Shown piece by piece: positions 24,999 through 30,887 of a DNA stretch of 30,887 nucleotides. Both the position numbers and the translations under genes were made by a program. The notes below the pieces were generated by a model. It saw only the letters and a program-made list of their open reading frames with translations. It did no database searches and had not been told where the DNA came from. This stretch comes from Clostridia bacterium (lineage in GTDB: Bacteria; Bacillota; Clostridia; Christensenellales; Aristaeellaceae). Location: contig JAZLIA010000043.1 of assembly GCA_045617125.1 (NCBI GenBank), forward strand, positions 1 through 30,887, written 5' to 3'. How positions within the stretch are numbered: position 1 is the first letter of the stretch; the number at the start of each line of letters is the position of its first letter.

Positions 24999-27900
24999 TC
25001 AATCCAGCAGATGAAGGATCTCTTCCTCCGTAAAGCCTGTGGGCATCTTTTCACCCGGACGCACCAGGATCTCAAAAATGCGCCGTTTTTCCTCACTCAT
25101 CGCCAGCACCTTTTCTTCAATGGAATCGTGCGTGATGAGGCGGATCACCTGCACCGTGCGGGTCTGGCCAATGCGGTGGGCACGGCCGGTGGCCTGATCC
25201 TCCGCCGCGGGGTTCCACCAGGGATCATAGTGGATCACGGTGTCCGCTCCGGTAAGGTTGAGGCCGGTGCCTCCCGCCTTCAGCGACACCAGGAACACGT
25301 TCCCTTCGCCGCCGTTGAAGCGATCGCTCAGGTTCTGTCTTTCCTCAGGCGGGGTGTCGCCATCCAGATAAAGATAGCCGATCCCCTCTTCCTCAAGCCG
25401 TTTCCCGATCAAATGCAGCATGGAGGTAAACTGGCTGAACACCAGCACCCTCCTTCCCTCCGGCAAAGCGGTGGAAAGAAGATCCATCAGCATTTCGGTT
25501 TTACCGCTCTGCCCGCGATAATCCGGGTCGCACAAAAGAGGATGGCAGCAGCACTGACGCAATTGCGTAATGGTGCTGAGGATCTCCATTCCGCCCCGGT
25601 TGCGTTCGCCGGTCTGCTCCCGCTTTTCCAGAATGGTCTTGATCCGGTTCCGCGCCAAAAGCAGGGATGCGTCATATACCTTTCTCTGTTCCGCGGCCAT
25701 CGGGGCCACCTGCACACAGTCGATCAGCTCAGGCAGGTCACGGAGCACGTCTTTTTTCAAACGGCGCATCAGGAACGGACGGATCTTTAGAAGCAGCTCC
25801 TCGGCATTGTCCCCCTCGCCATAACGCTGCAGAAAATCAGGGTAATCCGAAAGGAAGCCCGGAAGCGTAAAATCAAACAGCGACCAAAGCTCGCCCGGAT
25901 GATTTTCCATCGGCGTACCGGTAAGGGCAAAGCGGGCTTCCGCCTTCAGACGCTTCACTGCCCGCGCACCCACGGACCGGTTGTTTTTTATGTTCTGCGC
26001 TTCATCCAGAATGACGGGACCAAACCAGATATCCTCAAGCAGCGCAATATCCCGCCTGATCAGAGGATAACTGGTGATCACCACACTGGGCGCGTGCTTT
26101 TCCAACGTGGAAATGGCTTTTTCACGCGCCTGCTGGGTGCCTTCGATGAGCATCACATCCAGCTTCGGAGCAAAGCGGCGGATCTCAGCCGCCCAGTTAT
26201 ACAGAAGCGATGTGGGCGCCACGATCAGCGCGGGCAGAGCATCCTCTCCGGTTTTCCGAACGCTGAGCAGCAAAGCAATGGTCTGCACCGTTTTACCAAG
26301 ACCCATTTCGTCAGCCAGAATGCCGCCCATGCGCATGCTGTAAAGGGAATAAAGCCATTCGTAGCCCCGCACCTGATAGGAACGAAGGCAGCCGAGCGGG
26401 CTTTCAGGCACATCGGTCTTCAATTCCGCCAGCCGCTCGCTTTCCGCATCCAGGGTGACCGGGAGCTTCCCCTCCCGGATCAATGCCTTCAGATAGGCCG
26501 CGCGGTAAGCCGGCATTTCCCCTTCTTCCCCGATCATCGCCTCGGCGGCTGCTTCGGCAAACTGACGCCAGTTCTCCGTATCGGTCAAATCGAGGAAGGT
26601 GCCGTTCTCCAGACGGAAATACTGTTTATGGCGGCGTATCGCCTCCATCAGTTCCCGAACTTCCTCCACCGGGTTTTCAGCTTCCAGCATTTCCAGCCTC
26701 AGCCTGCCGTCCCGGCAGCTCACACTGCCGCTCAGACGCGGCTTCATCGGGCGGATCTTTTCAAAATCGCGGCTCAGATACACCTCAGCCGTCTCGTTGA
26801 GACGGTGTACCCCATCGCGCATAAAATCCCATATCCGGTCATTTCCGCGAAGATAGGCAAAACCTCTTCTCACCCGGAAACCGTATCCGGCCAGGGCATC
26901 CTGAATTTTCTTTTCTCCCTCGGGATCCCTCAGGATCAACCCGGAGATCGGGCTGTCGCCGGGAGCGTAGGGATCAATACGGGTGTCCCCGTATTCCAGT
27001 GACACCCTGGCCAGAACATCCTTATCCGCCTTATCCAGATAAACGCAGGCCTTCAGGGGCAGACGGATCATTTTCTGAGCCAGTTCGTCATCCACCGAAA
27101 AATCACCGGCATACATCAGGAAGGGAAGCACCTCGTTGATCACCCGGTCGGTCTCCGCCGGGGTGAAGATCGCGTCAGCCCTGCCATCCCGGGCGATACC
27201 GTTCACTGCGATCAGCGCCTTCCGGCGTCCGGGTTCAATATGCCATACGCTTCCGCCCGCATACACCCAGGCCATATCCGCTGTAAGCGGAATAAAAGGA
27301 GTGGGAAACAAAGCGGTGACAGTCAGCTGATCCTTCCCGCCGGAAAGAATAAAGCTTAACGGGAAACTTTCCTTCTTCACCCCATTCAGACGGTATACAT
27401 CCTTATCCGTCATCAGGCGGAAGGTCATGTCGGAAAGGGCTTCGAGTAATTGTCCTGCGCCCCGGGGCCCCAACGGCAGCAGCCGGGCCTCCGGCCCGGT
27501 ATCCGACACCGCGGCATTCTCGCACAGGTCCGCCAGAATATCCAGCACATGCAGGTTTTCTTCCCCGAAGCTCATGCAGGCGGGATCAAAATCAAACCCC
27601 TTGCCAAAGGAGTAGCTGTTTCCCATTTCCAGCGCCTCCAAAAACAAGGGCAGCGAGCGCACCACATACAGCCGGTCACGCCCCGCTCTCAACCCAACCC
27701 GAAGCCTTCCTCCGTGCAGCACGAGGGTCACTTCCAGGGTGATCTCCTCCGTAACAGGAAGCACAGCGCCCGCCGCATCAAAAAAGACTGCCGCGTTCCG
27801 ACGTGCCGCCCGCTTTTCCAGCTCGTCCAGATATCCGTTCTGGGCTGCCCACACCATCCCCGCCGCCATATGCCGGCAGGGCTTTTCCTTTTCACAATCG

Positions 27901-28079
27901 CACCGAATGCCATCCGTGCCGATATATATATGGCATCTTCTGCTCGTTTCCGTGCAGATCAGAGTTACGTTTTCATAAGTATGCTCCGCTTCCTTCAGCA
28001 TCCCGCAGCGGAACAATTCCAGGCCCTTTTCGTATTCTTCCTGTCCGATCCGATCCCGTAATCCGGCCTGATCCAACAT
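24999..28079 (-). CDS. SNF2-family helicase/translocase with an N-terminal SWIM zinc finger (YwqA-like), ~1026 aa
   Basis: The ORF opens with GTG at 28085. The ATG at 28079 (MLDQAGL) has GAGGTG 5 nt upstream. SWIM motif CDCEKEKPCRH. SNF2 motifs ILADEMGLGKTVQ, DEAQNIKN, LTGTPMENH. Helicase-C motifs VLVFSQFTSML and GGTGLNLTGADTVIHYDPWWNPAAEDQATGRAHRIGQ. Confidence 0.85.
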   Translation of the reverse strand: MLDQAGLRDRIGQEEYEKGLELFRCGMLKEAEHTYENVTLICTETSRRCHIYIGTDGIRCDCEKEKPCRHMAAGMVWAAQNGYLDELEKRAARRNAAVFFDAAGAVLPVTEEITLEVTLVLHGGRLRVGLRAGRDRLYVVRSLPLFLEALEMGNSYSFGKGFDFDPACMSFGEENLHVLDILADLCENAAVSDTGPEARLLPLGPRGAGQLLEALSDMTFRLMTDKDVYRLNGVKKESFPLSFILSGGKDQLTVTALFPTPFIPLTADMAWVYAGGSVWHIEPGRRKALIAVNGIARDGRADAIFTPAETDRVINEVLPFLMYAGDFSVDDELAQKMIRLPLKACVYLDKADKDVLARVSLEYGDTRIDPYAPGDSPISGLILRDPEGEKKIQDALAGYGFRVRRGFAYLRGNDRIWDFMRDGVHRLNETAEVYLSRDFEKIRPMKPRLSGSVSCRDGRLRLEMLEAENPVEEVRELMEAIRRHKQYFRLENGTFLDLTDTENWRQFAEAAAEAMIGEEGEMPAYRAAYLKALIREGKLPVTLDAESERLAELKTDVPESPLGCLRSYQVRGYEWLYSLYSMRMGGILADEMGLGKTVQTIALLLSVRKTGEDALPALIVAPTSLLYNWAAEIRRFAPKLDVMLIEGTQQAREKAISTLEKHAPSVVITSYPLIRRDIALLEDIWFGPVILDEAQNIKNNRSVGARAVKRLKAEARFALTGTPMENHPGELWSLFDFTLPGFLSDYPDFLQRYGEGDNAEELLLKIRPFLMRRLKKDVLRDLPELIDCVQVAPMAAEQRKVYDASLLLARNRIKTILEKREQTGERNRGGMEILSTITQLRQCCCHPLLCDPDYRGQSGKTEMLMDLLSTALPEGRRVLVFSQFTSMLHLIGKRLEEEGIGYLYLDGDTPPEERQNLSDRFNGGEGNVFLVSLKAGGTGLNLTGADTVIHYDPWWNPAAEDQATGRAHRIGQTRTVQVIRLITHDSIEEKVLAMSEEKRRIFEILVRPGEKMPTGFTEEEILHLLD

Positions 28080-28234
28080 GCACACACCTCATGAACTGTG
28101 TTCGCCTCCGCCCATGACGGAAAGCGTTTCTGTAATCACTTCTATATCCGATCCGTTTTTCCTGCCGCAGCCGGGTTATTTTTCTCATGAAGACGGGATC
28201 CATTTCATCCGCACACATTTCATTCCTCCTCCGG

Positions 28235-28270
28235 TTTCTTCCGATTTCTTTCTTTCTTCCGATTTCTTTC
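28235..28270. repeat. Perfect 18-bp tandem duplication (2 copies plus a 4-nt partial third)
   Basis: TTTCTTCCGATTTCTTTC at 28235-28252 is repeated exactly at 28253-28270, then CGAT follows. It lies in the divergent SNF2/glgC intergenic region, 24 bp upstream of the glgC -35 box. Confidence 0.9.
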
Positions 28271-28293
28271 CGATACAAGTCGAAGGGAATACA

Positions 28294-28322
28294 TTGCAAA
28301 AACAGGCAGGTTATGATATACT
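28294..28322 (+). promoter_or_regulatory. SigA-type promoter with extended -10 for glgCD
   Basis: TTGCAA (28294-28299), 17-nt spacer, TGaTATACT (28317-28322). The leader to the ATG at 28411 is ~88 nt and contains the hairpin AGGCTGG-ctgt-CCAGCCT. Confidence 0.55.
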
Positions 28323-28410
28323 GTATTCGCATTCCAAGTTGCCCCGTTCATAATCTCATAAGGCTGGCTGTCCAGCCTGTTCCCAAATTACCAAGAAAGG
28401 ATGATTTCCT

Positions 28411-29592
28411 ATGCTTCGCAAAAAACGCTGTGTCGCCATGCTGCTCGCAGGCGGCCAGGGCAGCCGTCTTGGCGTGCTGACCCGTCATGTTGCCAAGCCG
28501 GCTGTTCCCTTCGGCGGGAAGTACCGCATTATCGATTTCCCACTCTCCAACTGCACCAATTCCGGTATTGATGTGGTGGGCGTACTCACGCAGTACCGTC
28601 CGCTGGAGCTCAATGCCTATATCGCCAGCGGCGCTCCCTGGGATCTGGACCTGGTGAGCGGCGGCGTGTTCGTGCTTCCCCCGTATCAGACCGGTTCCAC
28701 CGGCGAATGGTATAAGGGAACCGCCAACGCTATTTTCCAGAACATCGGCTTCATCGAGCAGTACAACCCTGATTATGTGCTGATCCTTTCCGGCGATCAT
28801 ATCTATAAAATGAATTATGCCGCAATGATCGCCCATCACATGGCACACAACGCGGATGCCACCATCGCCGTGCGTCAGGTGCCCTGGGAGGAAGCCAGCC
28901 GCTTTGGCATCATGAACACCGATAAAGACGACAATATCACCGAATTTGAAGAAAAACCCAAGCAGCCCAAATCCAACAACGCTTCGATGGGCGTGTATGT
29001 GTTCACCTGGGAAAAGCTTCGCAAATACCTTACCGAGGATGAAAATGACCCCGCCTCCAGCAACGATTTCGGAAAGAACATCATTCCCGCGATGCTGAAA
29101 GACGGCCAGCGCATGACAGCCTTCACCTTCAACGATTACTGGAAGGATGTTGGCACCATCGAAAGCCTGTGGGAAGCCAATATGGATCTGCTGGAAGACG
29201 AACCGCAGATCGACCTGCACGACAAAAAATTCCGCATCTATGCCCGTAACATGGGCATGACTCCCCAGTACATCTCCCCTGAGGCCGTCGTGGATAACTG
29301 CCTGATCACCGAGGGCTGCGAGGTAAGCGGCGAAGTGCATCATTCCATTCTGTCCAGCGGAGCCCAGATCAAAAAGGGATCCCGGGTGCTGGACAGCGTG
29401 ATCATGCCCGGAGCCATCATTGAAAGCGGCGCCGTGGTAGAACGCGCCATCATTGCCGAAAACGCAGTCGTGAAACGCGGCGCCCGGGTGGGCGGCCCTG
29501 AAGGGCTGATCGCGGTGGTAGGCAACGGCATCACCGTGCCTGAGGGCACTGAAGTGAAGCCGGGCGAACAATATGCACAGGAGGAGCAGTAA
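28411..29592 (+). CDS. glgC: Glucose-1-phosphate adenylyltransferase, catalytic subunit
   Basis: 393 aa. [38 protein letters not shown], and a C-terminal left-handed beta-helix region. Confidence 0.92.
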   Translation: MLRKKRCVAMLLAGGQGSRLGVLTRHVAKPAVPFGGKYRIIDFPLSNCTNSGIDVVGVLTQYRPLELNAYIASGAPWDLDLVSGGVFVLPPYQTGSTGEWYKGTANAIFQNIGFIEQYNPDYVLILSGDHIYKMNYAAMIAHHMAHNADATIAVRQVPWEEASRFGIMNTDKDDNITEFEEKPKQPKSNNASMGVYVFTWEKLRKYLTEDENDPASSNDFGKNIIPAMLKDGQRMTAFTFNDYWKDVGTIESLWEANMDLLEDEPQIDLHDKKFRIYARNMGMTPQYISPEAVVDNCLITEGCEVSGEVHHSILSSGAQIKKGSRVLDSVIMPGAIIESGAVVERAIIAENAVVKRGARVGGPEGLIAVVGNGITVPEGTEVKPGEQYAQEEQ

Positions 29593-29593
29593 T

Positions 29594-30718
29594 ATGGATC
29601 ACAGCATGCTTGGTATCATCTATACCGGTGAAAGAGATTCCCAGCTCAAAGAGCTGACCTCCATGCGTGCCGTAGCTGCCGTTCCCATGATCGGCCGCTA
29701 CCGCCTGATCGATTTTCCCATTTCCTCCATGGTTGCCAGCGGCATCCGCAATGTGGGCGTGATCACCCAGCGCAATTATCAGAGCCTGATGGATCATATG
29801 GGGTCCGGACGTGAGTGGGACCTGCACGGCAAGCGCAGCGGTCTGGTGGTTTTGCCTCCCTTCCTCACGAGGGATAACGTGGGCGTCTATTCCGGTTTTC
29901 TCGATGCCCTGCGCAGCAATCTGCAGTTCCTGCGCCGCAGCAAGGAGCGCTATGCCGTCGTAACAGACACGCACATGCTCTACACCGCCAATTTTGACGA
30001 GATGGTGCAGGCCCATGCGGACAGCGGCGCCGATGTAACGCTGCTCTACACCCGCGAGCCCGGCGTGCGCCGCAACGGAAGCGGCCGCTACATCGACATC
30101 AGCGACAACGGCTGGGTCAAAAGTATGGAGATCGACCCCTCCATTCCCCATTACCCCTGCACCTACATGGAAGCCTTCGTGGTACGCCGCGAGCTGCTGA
30201 TCGACCTGGTGGACCGGGCCGTTGCCCATGGCAAACACCACCTGATCCGCGATCTGGTGCTGGGCGGTCTCAATGACGGCAGCCTGCGCATCGGTTCCTG
30301 GGAGTGCCCTGGAAAGGTGTGGAAGGTGGATTCTGTTCAGGCCTATTTCAACTGCAACATGGATATGCTGAGCCCCGCCGTTCGCAAGGATCTGTTCTAC
30401 GGCGCCACTCCCGTGCTGACAAAGCTGCGGGATGAAATGCCCACCCGCTTCCTGATCGGCAGCAAGGTGAGCAATTCCCTCATTGCCGACGGCTGTATCA
30501 TCGAAGGCACCGTGGTCAATTCCATCCTCTTCCGCGGCGTGCGCATCGACAGGAACGCCACCGTGTGCAACAGTATCGTGATGCAGGACGGCATGATCAT
30601 GAAGAACGTGGAACTGGATCACTGCATTCTGGATAAACAGGTGACCATTTTGGAAAACACCCGTCTGATCGGCACCAACAACTTCCCTATCGTGATCTCC
30701 AAGGATTCCACAGTATAA
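29594..30718 (+). CDS. glgD: Glucose-1-phosphate adenylyltransferase, regulatory GlgD subunit
   Basis: Start MDHSMLGIIYTG at 29594, 1 nt after the glgC stop, with GGAGGAG upstream. It is a GlgC paralogue lacking the GGxGxRL loop (RAVAAVPMIGRYRLIDFPISSMVASGI), as expected for a Firmicutes GlgD. Confidence 0.85.
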   Translation: MDHSMLGIIYTGERDSQLKELTSMRAVAAVPMIGRYRLIDFPISSMVASGIRNVGVITQRNYQSLMDHMGSGREWDLHGKRSGLVVLPPFLTRDNVGVYSGFLDALRSNLQFLRRSKERYAVVTDTHMLYTANFDEMVQAHADSGADVTLLYTREPGVRRNGSGRYIDISDNGWVKSMEIDPSIPHYPCTYMEAFVVRRELLIDLVDRAVAHGKHHLIRDLVLGGLNDGSLRIGSWECPGKVWKVDSVQAYFNCNMDMLSPAVRKDLFYGATPVLTKLRDEMPTRFLIGSKVSNSLIADGCIIEGTVVNSILFRGVRIDRNATVCNSIVMQDGMIMKNVELDHCILDKQVTILENTRLIGTNNFPIVISKDSTV

Positions 30719-30773
30719 TCGGGACTGTTGCACAGCCCATCAGCATGAAATAATGAAATCCCAAAAATATCCA

Positions 30774-30887
30774 CTATACACCCAGAGCGGTGAGTAAATC
30801 GGTGATATATTTGACTGTTCTGTTTGAGGTCCAGATTGCATCGGAAGTCAGTTTGACTTTCTTGGATTTGGAAAGATAATGGAAGAC
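30774..30887 (-). CDS. C-terminal 37 codons of an unidentified converging ORF; the gene runs off the window end
   Basis: The reverse complement reads ...VFHYLSKSKKVKLTSDAIWTSNRTVKYITDLLTALGV, then TAG (30774-30776). The local sequence is AT-richer than the rest of the window. The family is not recognisable from 37 residues. Confidence 0.35.
   Translation of the reverse strand, partial: VFHYLSKSKKVKLTSDAIWTSNRTVKYITDLLTALGV

Noticed and set aside
24999-28079. The SNF2 helicase as part of a DISARM-, Zorya- or BREX-like defence system.
   Set aside because: No methyltransferase, DUF1998, PLD, ZorA/B or other partner genes are present. The gene is monocistronic between housekeeping loci.
1-30887. 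Looked for rRNA, tRNA, CRISPR repeats, integrase or transposase genes and prophage hallmarks.
   Set aside because: I saw no cloverleaf-like or rRNA-like sequence in the intergenic regions and no regularly spaced direct repeats. The only tandem repeat is the 2-copy 18-mer at 28235-28270. There are no recombinase ORFs. Only the unidentified partial ORF at the 3' edge could belong to a mobile element.

Overview
About 30.9 kb of chromosomal DNA. It looks like a mid-GC (roughly mid-50s %) Firmicutes/Clostridia-type genome: GGAGG-type Shine-Dalgarno sites, TTGCAT-17-TGnTATAAT promoters, glgC-glgD, and Xaa-Pro peptidase-efp synteny. I call 25 complete CDS and 2 edge-truncated CDS. Most are housekeeping or envelope functions: purine salvage (BMP binding protein, xpt), an orphan sugar-binding protein, a secreted LRR protein, malic enzyme, an M16C peptidase, an amino-acid ABC importer, EF-P and glycogen synthesis. 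I found no rRNA, tRNA, CRISPR array, integrase or intact mobile element. Only the last ~170 bp are AT-richer and carry a converging partial ORF. There is no canonical defence island. The best candidates for an undescribed module are: (i) a Qnr-like pentapeptide-repeat protein with an ABC-F ATPase under one strong promoter, which is preceded by an array of four GAAGG/CCTTC sites (15184-17952); (ii) a translationally coupled double-Zn-ribbon membrane protein, TPM-domain protein and C_GCAxxG_C_C protein, resembling YdjG/YdjH of the B. subtilis pspA operon but without PspA or an SPFH partner (20398-22737); (iii) a PRTase-like protein that has lost its acidic PRPP-motif pair, next to a LOG-family nucleotide N-glycosidase (6989-8188). 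Other observations: an apparently permuted half/full/half binding-domain fusion on an ABC permease, an ABC ATPase with a C-terminal extension, a perfect 18-bp tandem repeat in the SNF2/glgC divergent region, and an unexplained ~170-bp intergenic segment. All homology statements rest on motif recognition by eye. No database search was run.
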